A DNA stretch of 63,688 nt, filler included, from Octopus bimaculoides (lineage: Eukaryota): the NCBI RefSeq assembly GCF_001194135.2. It is 7 parts of 7 records of this genome, joined end to end, with 100 filler letters (N's around TTAATTAATTAA, not from the genome) between each part and the next. Parts side by side here need not be neighbours in the genome. Positions count along the whole stretch, not along the records: positions 1 to 24,388 come from NC_068989.1; 6 more parts are not named here. One strand, written 5' to 3'. Of the stretch, positions 1 through 10,910 are shown one piece after another. The first letter of the stretch is position 1. Each line of letters opens with the position of its first letter. The position numbers were made by a program, and so were the translations under genes. Below the pieces are notes generated by a model. That model saw only the letters and a list, made by a program, of their open reading frames with translations, ran no database searches and was not told the DNA's origin.

Positions 1-272
1 CCGATCAACGGAACAGCCTGCTCGTGAAATTAACGTGCAAGTGGCTGAGCACTCCACAGACACGTGTACCCTTAACGCAGTTCTCGGGGATATTCAGCGT
101 GACACAGTGTGACAAGGCTGACCCTTTGAATTACAGGCACAACAGAAACAGGAAGTAAGAGTGAGAGAAAGTTGTGGTGAAAGAGTACAGCAGGGTTCGC
201 CACCATCTCCTGCCGGAACCTCGTGGGGCTTTAGGTGTTTTCGCTCAATAAACACTCACAACGCCCGGTCTG
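1..272 (-). mobile_element. tRNA-type SINE, family C, truncated copy
   Basis: Reverse complement matches 13076-13370 at roughly 90% by eye; breaks off at 272 against LTR-like sequence. Confidence 0.75.
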
Positions 273-304
273 CCCTAATCAGTGGGCCATTGTGCCTCCA
301 CTGG

Positions 305-555
305 AGGTAGTAGATAACTATTATAAATAGATCAGTAGCCGGTCGACACGAGTATGTGGAGACTGTTGATAGTAGTGTCTGTGCTGATATAGTAATTATA
401 CTGAGGGGACATTATAACGATCCAACCTTTTGAGGATAATAACAGTACCAGATAAAAACATTCTATCAACGACTTCGGAATATAACAGTATCTGTCAGAG
501 CGACAACCGTCGTCAAAGGACAGATACAACAGCGGCAAAGGACAACTTTACAACA
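305..555 (+). repeat. 5' LTR (5' end truncated or divergent)
   Basis: Aligns with 2530-2830 (e.g. ACAACCGTCGTCAAA-GACAGATACAACAGCGGCAAA); ends TTTACAACA immediately before the PBS. Confidence 0.75.
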
Positions 556-567
556 GTAGCGACGAGG
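556..567 (+). promoter_or_regulatory. Primer-binding site of the LTR element
   Basis: GTAGCGACGAGG directly after the LTR terminal CA, close to the TGGCGACGAG PBS typical of Mag-clade Gypsy elements. Confidence 0.6.
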
Positions 568-695
568 AAAAACGAATTTACGCGGAGTGAAAAAAAACAA
601 AACAACAAAAAACGAAAACATTCACACGGAGAGTTTGAACTAATTCACGTGGAAAATTAAATGCATCGACAAAAAAGAAACGAAAATCGTAAAAT

Positions 696-1750
696 ATGGA
701 AGACTTGCTAGCTGGTATAGTGGAATTGCAAAAACAGCAACAACAACAACTCAAGGAACAACGAGAACAGCAACAAGTATTGCAGCAGCAAATGTTACAC
801 CTAATGAAGTTGGTAACTAATCCGGAGAATACATTTTCACCTGACCATGTGCGAATTCAGATATAAAAAAAGCGTCCGACATAAATTNNNNNNNNNNNNN
901 NNNNNNNNNNNNNNNNNNNNNNNNNNNNNNNNNNNNNNNNNNNNNNNNNNNNNNNNNNNNNNNNNNNNNNNNNNNNNNNNNNNNNNNNNNNNNNNNNNNN
1001 NNNNNNNNNNNNNNNNNNNNNNNNNNNNNNNNNNNNNNNNNNNNNNNNNNNNNNNNNNNNNNNNNNNNNNNNNNNNNNNNNNNNNNNNNNNNNNNNNNNN
1101 NNNNNNNNNNNNNNNNNNNNNNNNNNNNNNNNNNNNNNNNNNNNNNNNNNNNNNNNNNNNNNNNNNNNNNNNNNNNNNNNNNNNNNNNNNNNNNNNNNNN
1201 NNNNNNNNNNNNNNNNNNNNNNNNNNNNNNNNNNNNNNNNNNNNNGTCGGAAGACAAAGTGTTGCAACAAAAACGGAAACAATATGGCGATGTAGACCCA
1301 TGTGGTGGGAAGCACCTGAAAAGAGATTGTCCGTATAAAAAAGCAAAGTGTTTTCACTGCAGGTTTACAGGACATATAAAATCGCACTGCAAAACTAGAA
1401 TGATAGGAAAATGGAACAAACAAGGAAAAATAAATAGTTTGTCAGCAGGAAAAGTGACTACAACAAATGGAAAATTCGTGAATGTGAGAATTGAAAACAT
1501 TAGTATCAGAATGCAATTAGACAACGAAAGTGATATCACAAACATAAATGAGAAAACATGGGAACAAATGGTTAAACCAAAATTATGTAATTCAAACAAA
1601 ATAGCGTATATTTTACGGGCGAACGTGTTTTTAATATAATGTTCAAAGGTCAATCCAAAAAAGTGAATGTTTGTGTTGAAAAAACTCCATGAATTTATTT
1701 GGCATCAAATATATGGAGAAATATAATTTATGGGATATACCCATAAGCGC
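696..1750 (+). pseudogene. gag-protease remnant, frameshifted and gapped
   Basis: Gln-rich N-terminus LQKQQQQQLKEQREQQQ; two Cys-His motifs PCGGKHLKRDC and CFHCRFTGHIKSHC; protease-like MQLDNESDITNI (degenerate DTGS) and NLFGIKYMEKYNLW. Confidence 0.75.
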
Positions 1751-1944
1751 TTTGTACAATAGCGTAAATGGAGCAGTGAAACGATCGAACGAGGTCGATG
1801 TACTGAAACAAAAAAAAGTGATGTGGAACATTGTGCATGAACTACCAGTAACTTTGGAAGAAATAAAAAGAAATGCGAGAAATGACAAATTTATTAATGA
1901 GACAAAAAGAAAACTGTGGTCGACAAAACCCAAATGCGTCAGAA

Positions 1945-2311
1945 AGAAGTTCACCAGCAGAATTAATGTATTCCAGAAAGGTGAAGTCAGTATTCGATAA
2001 ACTGTTAGCAGTGAAGAAAAAATATGTGCTACTAAAGACATGTCAAAATTCTTTAGAATTGGTGATAAGGTATATGTAAGAATGTACAAAAATGGCAAGC
2101 AATACTGGAAAGAAGGAGAAATTGTAAAATACATAGGAAGAATGATGTATGGTGTAAGAAGCAGAAATGGAATGGAAAGGAGACATAGAAATCAGCTAAA
2201 GGAAAGAGTCATAGAAAAGGAACCAACAAGAATAGAATTACCGATGGATTGGCTATATGACACTTTTCAGGTTCCAGCACCATTACAAGAAGTCGAAACC
2301 ACACGTACAAG
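1945..2311 (+). pseudogene. Integrase C-terminal remnant
   Basis: SPAELMYSRKVKSVFDKLL, then FRIGDKVYVRMYKNGKQYWKEGEIVKYIGRMMYGV..RHRNQLK, typical of the Gypsy integrase tail. Confidence 0.8.
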
Positions 2312-2491
2312 NNNNNNNNNNNNNNNNNNNNNNNNNNNNNNNNNNNNNNNNNNNNNNNNNNNNNNNNNNNNNNNNNNNNNNNNNNNNNNNNNNNNNNNNN
2401 NNNNNNNNATATATATATATATATATAAAGGAGGAGGTAGGGTGAATAAAAGAAATTGATTGTTAATAAAAAAAATGAAAAGGGAGGACGT

Positions 2492-2830
2492 TGTATAGTG
2501 AAACTGTACACCCCTCCCGGTAAAAAGTGGTAGTAACCAGACATTATAAATAGACTAGTAGCCTATCAACACGAGAAGGTCGAAAAAGTCAAGAGTACGT
2601 GTAGACTGTGTTGATAGTCGTGTTTGAGCTGATATAGTAATTATACTATGATACTGAGGGGACGTTATAATGATCCTACCTTTTGAGGATAATATTACTT
2701 TACGACTGGGGGTCGTACAGTGCCAGATAGAAACATTCTATCAACAACTTCGGAATATAACAATATCTGTCAGGGCGACAACCGTCGTCAAAAGACAGAT
2801 ACAACAGCGGCAAAAGACCGCTTTATAACT
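2492..2830 (+). repeat. 3' LTR
   Basis: Starts TGTATAG after the PPT at 2478-2490; ends CTTTATAACT, matching the CTTTACAACA end of the 5' LTR. Confidence 0.75.
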
Positions 2831-3727
2831 CGTACAAAATTCAAATGCATCGAATGTTGTTAGAAGGGGATTATCATGCACGGCTAACTTTCTGCCACCA
2901 GTTCAATGAAAAGATTAATATCAAAAATTCATTTCTGAGTAATTTAATGTTTTGCAATGAAGCAACATTCCACATTAGTGGCAAGTTCAGCAGGCATAGC
3001 TGCCGTATTTGAGAGACTGAAGAGCCACAGGAATCTGTTGAACAAGAAAGAGATTCTCCTAAAGTTAATATCTGGTGTGCTTTGGGAGAAAATCGAATCA
3101 TTGGGCCATTCTTTTTTGAAGGGCTTGTTGTTAATGGTTACCACTATTTAAAGATGCAGTAAAATTACTTTATTCCTTCGTTTGACCAGTTAGACCTGAA
3201 AGAGGATACAGTGCTTCAACAGAGTGGTGCACCTGTCACTTTGCCCTGTAAGTTAGGCAATTTCTAAATGAAAAATTCTCTAAAAGATGGGTCGAAAGAA
3301 GTAGACCGTTATCTTGGTCTTCCATGGTCACCAGATTTGACTCTATTGAATTTCCTTCTATGGGAACATGTGAAAAGTAATGTTTATTGAACTGAACCTC
3401 GATCTTTCGAAGACATGCAAGCTAGGATAATTGACGTGATTGATGGTATTACTGAAAACCAGCTGCAAAGTGTTTTCTGAGAACTACAGAATCGTATTAT
3501 CGTTTGTATATTTAATGATGGTGGTCATGTTGAAAATGAACAATCCTAATAAGTTTAAATACTTGTTCCTTCTTATCCTTTTTACAGAGTAGTTTTATCA
3601 TAAATAACAGATTAGTTCTATCATAAATAACAGATTAGTTCTATCATAAATAACAGATTAGTTCTATCATAAATAGTTACAAAGCTGCCAGTATTTTAAA
3701 TTGCACACGGAGTTTATAGACACTCTG
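2831..3727 (+). mobile_element. Tc1/mariner DD41D (rosa-like) transposon, 3' half with right TIR
   Basis: Degenerate translation PYKIQ..FCNEATFHISG..SPKVNIWCAL..IGPFFF..QQSGAP..SPDLT..GGHVE with about 41 residues between the last two catalytic positions; terminus CACTCTG followed by TA at 3728-3729. Confidence 0.85.
3596..3675. repeat. 23-bp tandem repeat, about 3.5 copies, in the transposon 3' region
   Basis: TATCATAAATAACAGATTAGTTC repeated head to tail with no spacers. Confidence 0.9.
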
Positions 3728-3769
3728 TATAAAAGAGTATTTTACTGAAATTCGAATATCTTTTTTCTC

Positions 3770-4435
3770 GTGATCCCACACAACAATATCTGGCCGGTTG
3801 TTTTGACCTGGTGGCTGTTTTAATTCAATCAATGTTTTTTCGATCCATATGTCTCAATATTGTTAACTTTGTCTGGTAGTGTTTTTCTTATCCTGCTCCA
3901 GACTGTTTTGGCGCCTGCATCATGCCTCACGGAAAGATAATATCTCGAAGTTATCATCTCACATTTGGTAATAGCGTGGTTGATGTCTTCAGTCTTAATT
4001 TTGTACTGCCTACATTCGTTGTCTGTCAACATTTTCTGCCTTTTATGTTGCAGGCACTTAGTAGGGATTTCATGTTCTTGAATTGCATGGGGGTAGCCTT
4101 CAAAATGGGATGACATTAACTTGTCGGTATTCCATGTCAAGCTTTTGATGTGGTCTGTTCCTCCTATGGTTTGTGTTTTTCGTCCCAAGTACCTATGCAC
4201 TACCTTCTCAATCAACTGGTTCATTATTTAATATTTTACTCTTTTGATAAATAGAATTTATCAATACTCCTTGGAGAGAGATCTGCACCCGCTCTTATTT
4301 CATACCACTTCACATGTTCATTAGCTATTCTAATTATGTTGTTGATTTCGTGATCACAAACTTGTTTAAGGTAGTTATTGGTCTCTTTCCTCTGTTGCAG
4401 ATGTTGCTTCAGTGTCAAAATAGGTGACATATGAC
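3770..4435 (-). mobile_element. R4/NeSL-like non-LTR retrotransposon fragment (zinc knuckle plus start of RLE domain)
   Basis: AIQEHEIPTKCL..CRQYKIKTEDINHAITKC..YLSVRHDAGAK..NNRPDIVVWD; stops and frameshifts present. Confidence 0.75.
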
Positions 4436-4565
4436 ATCAATGCAGATTTAAGACCACGGCCACCATCCTTGCGTGGGAAGCATAGCTTAGGTGGTTTGGC
4501 TATTTTTGGGCTGTTGACAACCATGTATATATGTATGTATGTATGTATGTATTCATCTCTACAGC

Positions 4566-4606
<41 letters not shown>

Positions 4607-4964
4607 NNNNNNNNNNNNNNNNNNNNNNNNNNNNNNNNNNNNNNNNNNNNNNNNNNNNNNNNNNNNNNNNNNNNNNNNNNNNNNNNNNNNNNNNNNNNNN
4701 NNNNNNNNNNNNNNNNNNNNNNNNNNNNNNNNNNNNNNNNNNNNNNNNNNNNNNNNNNNNNNNNNNNNNNNNNNNNNNNNNNNNNNNNNNNNNNNNNNNN
4801 NNNNNNNNNNNNNNNNNNNNNNNNNNNNNNNNNNNNNNNNNNNNNNNNNNNNNNNNNNNNNNNNNNNNNNNNNNNNNNNNNNNNNNNNNNNNNNNNNNNN
4901 NNNNNNNNNNNNNNNNNNNNNNNNNNNNNNNNNNNNNNNNNNNNNNNNNNNNNNNNNNNNNNNN

Positions 4965-5036
<72 letters not shown>

Positions 5037-5882
5037 TTACACACGTATAAATATTTTTGTATATTTATATATATTGTATCCATATCGATATATACATATA
5101 TACATACATACATACACTAATGAATACACCACTAATGAACACACACATAATTTTAGTTTGTCTGGAATGTGATGTTTATTGTTTTATATAGGGACAAATA
5201 CTTTTAGATTTCTTCAGAATTTGATTGCGCCATTGAAGAATGTTTTGGTCATGTTTCCCGAGCGTAAAATAGCCACAGTTCAAATGCCAAATGTTACAAG
5301 AGCGAACTTTGCTTCCTGGACTGTTTCTCCCTTGACACTATCAAATCTACACTTATCGCTCGAGTAATCTAGAGACAGAATCTTTCTAATTTGATAAGGA
5401 AATGGCAATCAGTGTGGAGATGAAAATAACTAATCGATAAATACATTTTGTGATTTCCGATCGATTTCGATGTAGATTATCATAATTCCCAAACTATATA
5501 AAAAGATATTAAAAAAAATTTCCTTGTTAGGTAGTTATGATTATATGGTCAATGTTGAAGTCAGTAAGCTTATAAAAGAAATGTTCTAAACATCAAAAAA
5601 TGCATGAATATTTTAAATCAGTCTCACAAATTTCCTACCAAATTATTCATTTTTACCAAAATAAAAGAAAGAAAAATTATCGTAGAAATTGTCTTCAGTA
5701 TTTATATTCCAACTTGATTCGAATAAAGTCACACACCAGTGCCATAAAATCTTTGACTAATCATTGAACTCTATTCTCTCCCTCAGCTCTCACTCCCACC
5801 ATCTCCACTCCCCATTTCCCCCTCTCTCCCTCTTACTCTCTTTATCGTGACTGGAAAATTTTCCTTTCTACTTACTATAAGC

Positions 5883-6075
5883 ACAAGACTTGAAATGCTG
5901 GGGAATGGCTAAGTCTATTATATCGACCCCAGTGATCAACTAGTACTTATTTCATGTTATCACGAAAGAATTAAAGGCAAAACTGACCTTGGTGGAATTT
6001 GAACTCAGAACCGAAAAACGGAAGAAATGCCACTAAACATTTTGTACGGTATGCTAATGATTCTACTAGCCCGCC
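5883..6075 (-). mobile_element. tRNA-derived SINE, family B
   Basis: Reverse complement resembles 55491-55680 (GGCGAGCTGGCAGAATCGTTAGC head, TTCTGAGTTCAAATTC B-box, AAGTAC..GGGGTCGAT body). Confidence 0.7.
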
Positions 6076-8179
6076 ACCCTCTCAATCGTGACTATAATGG
6101 TCTCGGATTTGTTGAACTTGTCTACACTATATTTAGGCTTGCTTGGTGGATTCTTCTTTTCTCTAGCTGGCATTTGTATATCTCATCTTTAGACTTCTTA
6201 TTAAACACTTTACTCAACCACCGTCACTACAAATCTCTCTGCCTGGAGTTCTCTCCTTGATCATGTTTCCCTCTTTAAACATATAGTCAATGGAAGGAAA
6301 CTTTAGTACCATTAGCATTCCCTGTAATACAGAAAATCCTTAAAAAGTGACTAAAAGGCAGTAATCACTCCATCAAAACGTGGTTATCACTACAATGTCT
6401 CTCAGTCTGATAGAAACGGCAGAAAAATCTCCCTCCAACTACACCCTACTGTCTTAAATAAATAAAGGAAGGACACGGATCTTTGGGGTTTGACGGTCAA
6501 CATTTGTTTTCTTAACGAAACACTTTCAAACTTGGGACACTGGTAGAATGTGTCATATAAAACAACTTCTTCTCTTAACTTTCTTAACAAAATTTTGTAC
6601 ATCGCAAGTTATTTCATGTTAAAGTTGTCGTATTTCTGTGATTTCAACCAATCACTGACGTCTATTCAGCTGAATACATTTACTGCTGTTTTCTAAACAG
6701 TAGCTTTTGACCGGTAAGAAAAATGTTATTCCCCTGACATATTTCATCCGGTTTAATCGTAATTTATACGCATATATTGTTTATATAATAANNNNNNNNN
6801 NNNNNNNNNNNNNNNNNNNNNNNNNNNNNNNNNNNNNNNNNNNNNNNNNNNNNNNNNNNNNNNNNNNNNNNNNNNNNNNNNNNNNNNNNNNNNNNNNNNN
6901 NNNNNNNNNNNNNNNNNNNNNNNNNNNNNNNNNNNNNNNNNNNNNNNNNNNNNNNNNNNNNNNNNNNNNNNNNNNNNNNNNNNNNNNNNNNNNNNNNNNN
7001 NNNNNNNNNNNNNNNNNNNNNNNNNNNNNNNNNNNNNNNNNNNNNNNNNNNNNNNNNNNNNNNNNNNNNNNNNNNNNNNNNNNNNNNNNNNNNNNNNNNN
7101 NNNNNNNNNNNNNNNNNNNNNNNNNNNNNNNNNNNNNNNNNNNNNNNNNNNNNNNNNNNNNNNNNNNNNNNNNNNNNNNNNNNNNNNNNNNNNNNNNNNN
7201 NNNNNNNNNNNNNNNNNNNNNNNNNNNNNNNNNNNNNNNNNNNNNNNNNNNNNNNNNNNNNNNNNNNNNNNNNNNNNNNNNNNNCTGTTTTCAACTGAAT
7301 AGACGTCAGTGATTAGTTGAAATTATCGAAATAAGACAATTTTTAACGTGAAATAACTTCGAATATAAAATTTTTATCTGTTCTATACCACAAAATATAC
7401 AAGTATACGAAGTTTGAAAGTGTCTCGGTACCAAAACACTACATAAAAAAATGTTGCCCGTCAAATCACAAAGGTCCCAGGCCTGCTCAATCATGGTTGG
7501 ATTGGGGTTAAACAGCAACAATAACAACAGCAGCAACAACAATAATAACAACAACAACAGCAAATTGAAAATATTTTATTTCTAAGCGGGAACATATTTA
7601 GAATCCCAAAACTTTTAATGTTTATAAAATAATATAATTACAAGAAGACAGTTACAAGTTTGAGAGGATAATGAGATTGTGCGACAAGCATACCTTCACA
7701 AGCGATTTAGCAGCGTGGGTAAAGTGAATCGGCCTCAAGTCAGGAATTAAAGACAGAGCAGACTCCTGTCATCTCATTCATCAATTCTTACCATCTCTTT
7801 CATAGACTCTTCTCATCTCTTGCGTAGACTTCTATTTCATAGACACTGCCCATCCTTTCTATAGCATAAACTCTTCCCACGTTGCTGTAACGTATTGGTC
7901 TGTATGTTTTCGTATTCTCTCTAATCACTTTCTCTTAATAAGAACAGCGTGGCCTTCTTTGAGTCACTGTGTTCAGTTTTTCAGCGAGAAAACTTAAACT
8001 AGCTAATGAGGGGGCCTCTTTAAATGGTCGCTCGACCTGCGAAAAATAGTAGCCAAATCTCTATCTTGAAAAAAAGAAAAAAGAAAGAAAATATTGGATA
8101 ATGATGTCCCGGGTTTTATTTAAGTAAAGTTAAAGATTCAATGTCTTTGATTATGTTTGATCAGGGCCAAATTGGAGAT

Positions 8180-8205
8180 AAACAACAGCAACAGCAGCAG
8201 CAACA

Positions 8206-8236
<31 letters not shown>

Positions 8237-8312
8237 CAACAACAACAACAGCAACAACAACAACAACAACAACAACAACATCCTGAGTAGCAGCAGCAAC
8301 AACACAACAACG
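8180..8312. repeat. (CAA)n/(CAG)n microsatellite
   Basis: Direct reading; explains the poly-L, poly-C and poly-N ORFs at 8138-8394. Confidence 0.95.
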
Positions 8313-9589
8313 ACAATGAACATAGTGAAGGAAAAAAGACTTCTTTATGAATTCTCGGATCTATAATGATGAACCAGCCTTGTATAGAAGGCAAGGCCTC
8401 ACAAGTGGGTTAAACTAGGGCCTCTCTTATCAAAAGCCGACACTGGACTTGAGTGGTTAAGGCTTATACAGATTCAATATCATCTCCATATAATGATTAC
8501 ACTCATAAAAGTATAGATTCAATATTTTGGATCAACGTCATCGATTAATGGGAGATACTTAAAGTCACAGATGGTTGAAATGGGAAGTTAACTGCATTAG
8601 AATACGAGCTGTAAACTCAACAGCAGAATTTATATTGACAATGCAAAAGAACGAAATCAAATATCGTAATAAATTATATTTAGCGCTGTACCGATTCTGA
8701 GATCCATAATTTTAATCTTCCCAAGAATCAGTGAGCGGCATTCCCTTGGTTTTCACCTCACGGAGGAGCAGTGGTGGTGGTTTATAGCATCTTGTCTCAC
8801 TTACCCAATCCCGGCCTCTTGGATCTTAGCGTACTATTAAATCTCAACACCCATCGCTATCATTGCCAAGTATTAAACGAAAGTTTTCATTAGTTTTTTT
8901 TCTCTCAAATCCAAGATAACCATTTATTATATATTTTGGTATCACAAGACCAAGAACTACTCATTGCAACGATTGTTAAAAGTCTATTTTTCTATTTTTG
9001 TTTGGGTGTAATTTATCTTCAGACTTCATTTCACAGTACATAATTATCTGGTGCAAGTCTAGAAACCGTTGTGTGATCTGATCGATAAAAAAAAGTGAAC
9101 TGCAATGGATATACAGTAGGTGAATAGTATTCTGAGGTGAGAATACATACGTGTTGTGTGTGATTTAGAAGTGAAGTACTACAATGATCGTTGTTATCAA
9201 ATAGTACAGGTCCTCACGATGACTCTAGCCAGAAACTATATCCTGTGACATCTCATCTCTCCTTAATGATGAGCCACGTTTCATGCAGTACGTTTCTCTT
9301 AAAAGGATGCTCATGCCTGAACTAGACAAAACTTTTAAACCTAGGTGGTACCAAACCCGTAGGGCGGTGGCAAATTTTATATGGATAATATGGAGACAGA
9401 GGGAAGTAGGGGTGTATAGCTGCAATTGTATTTTTTTATAATCCTTGTCTCGTATTAGAATATTAATTTGAAAAATTTTAAATGTCATATTACAATTATT
9501 ACAATAAACTGCCTGCTAGTTACAAACACAACAATAATAATAAGCTTCGAATTATGAATAAGCAAATAAACAAACTGAATATATGTAAG

Positions 9590-9740
9590 TGCAGGCGTGT
9601 CTGTGTGGTAAGAAGTTTGCTTTCCAACCACAAGGTTTTGAGTTCAGTCTTACTGCGTAACACTTTGGGCAAATGTCTTCTTCTCTAGTCCTGGGACGAC
9701 CAAAGTTTTAGTGGATAGAAACTGAGAGAAACCCATCGTA
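9590..9740 (+). mobile_element. SINE family A, 5' part (tRNA head plus CORE-like CTTTGGGCAAATGTCTT)
   Basis: Matches the heads at 28836, 41760, 42420 and 52180. Confidence 0.75.
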
Positions 9741-9746
9741 TATATA

Positions 9747-10215
9747 CAAGGTGGGTGGAAAATAACTAGGCATCAAAAGTTGTTTATAGAATTTTTAGTA
9801 TCAATGAAGTCCTGACGAAAACATTTTAAAACAAACAACACTAATGATGCTTTCTTATTGTCTTATTTCTTATTTCTTGTTTTCCAGTTGGTCGGTCGCT
9901 TGACTGTTCAGGAGTGAGTTAAGATAGCAGCACGCTATGACGTGGACTAACAAGACACACAATACGTATCCATGGAAACCCCATTACGTGCAGGAGCTAA
10001 AACCTGAAGACTGTGACCGAAGAATGGAATATGGAATGGCCTCCAAGAAGTTCAGATCTCACTCCATGTGATTTTTACCTGTAAGGCTAAACAAAAAAGG
10101 TGTACAAGACAAAATCTCGCACACTGGAGGACTTGGAGACACAAAATCAGGAGGTTCTCAATCATATCTCAGATAACGTACTTCAGAAGGTTGTTCATTT
10201 CATCCCTCACCGACA
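9747..10215 (+). mobile_element. DD41D-like Tc1/mariner transposon with large internal deletions
   Basis: TA|CAAGGTGGGTGG left end; RLTVQE*VKIAARY N-terminus; YPWKPHYVQELKPEDCDRRMEY joined directly to WPPRSSDLTPCDF; then KVYKTKSRTLEDL..VLQKVVH. Confidence 0.8.
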
Positions 10216-10352
10216 AGGTATTAACAGTAACTGTTAATACCTCGTTCAGCGATTTAACATTGCTTGTTTTCAGTTTTTCGAGATCAGTGAATAATTTCAC
10301 TGGAAAAAGATATATGTATTTGCATCGGGAAATCTTTCGCGTCGCAGGTCGG

Positions 10353-10409
10353 CGATTGTCGTACGCTGAAGACGGGTAAATACCCAGAAACTCGAGTCCG
10401 TGCGTATCG
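10353..10409 (+). ncRNA. Type I hammerhead ribozyme, near-intact
   Basis: cgat-tgt-CGTACG CTGAAGA c GGGT aaat ACCC a GAAAC tcga GTC CGTGCG-t-atcg: full core, GUC cleavage triplet, 6+4 bp stem I with an internal loop, palindromic loop III. Confidence 0.8.
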
Positions 10410-10692
10410 CAGATCAAGATGGGAAGGATGACTTCCCTTTTCAAATACAGACAGGACACAGATGTGTGTCAATAGCCAGCTGGAGGAGATGTTCTCCTGG
10501 GGCTAAAAGCAACAGTAACATCCACCCTTAGGGGTCAGCCACATTTAAGTGGCAAATATACTTCACCTTATATATATATACATATATATATANNNNNNNN
10601 NNNNNNNNNNNNNNNNNNNNNNNNNNNNNNNNNNNNNNNNNNNNNNNNNNNNNNNNNNNNNNNNNNNNNNNNNNNNNNNNNNNNNNNNNNNN

Positions 10693-10910
10693 GTATTCAG
10701 CGACCTATGGAGAGCTTATAATCATATCCCAGAAATCCTGGACTATGATTTCAAACATAAAACTGTGAACCATAGCATTGAATTTATAAACACAAAAGAT
10801 GGGACTCACACTCAACAAAGTGAGGGTACCTGGGCATCTTCAAAGCGTGGAAACAAACGCTGGTGTGGGACACACTGTTCCATGATTGACTCTGTGAATT
10901 TATGTAGAGG
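10693..10910 (+). mobile_element. Merlin/IS1595-like DDE transposase C-terminal fragment
   Basis: VFSDLWRAYNHI..HKTVNHSIEFINTKDGTHTQQSEGTWASSKR..GT..IDS..EFM*R matches the ISXO2-like SD-W-AY..TVNHS..GxHTQxIE pattern. Confidence 0.8.

Larger units (their letters stand above)
273..2830 (+). mobile_element. Ty3/Gypsy (Mag-like) LTR retrotransposon, internally deleted, non-autonomous
   Basis: Paired LTR-like repeats (about 305-555 and 2492-2830), PBS-like GTAGCGACGAGG at 556-567, polypurine AAAAGGGAGGACG before the 3' LTR, gag zinc knuckles, degenerate protease and integrase C-terminus; no RT/RNase H seen. Confidence 0.85.

Noticed and set aside
3596-3675. 23-bp repeat as a CRISPR array
   Set aside because: Units are contiguous with no spacers, there are no cas genes, and the context is eukaryotic.
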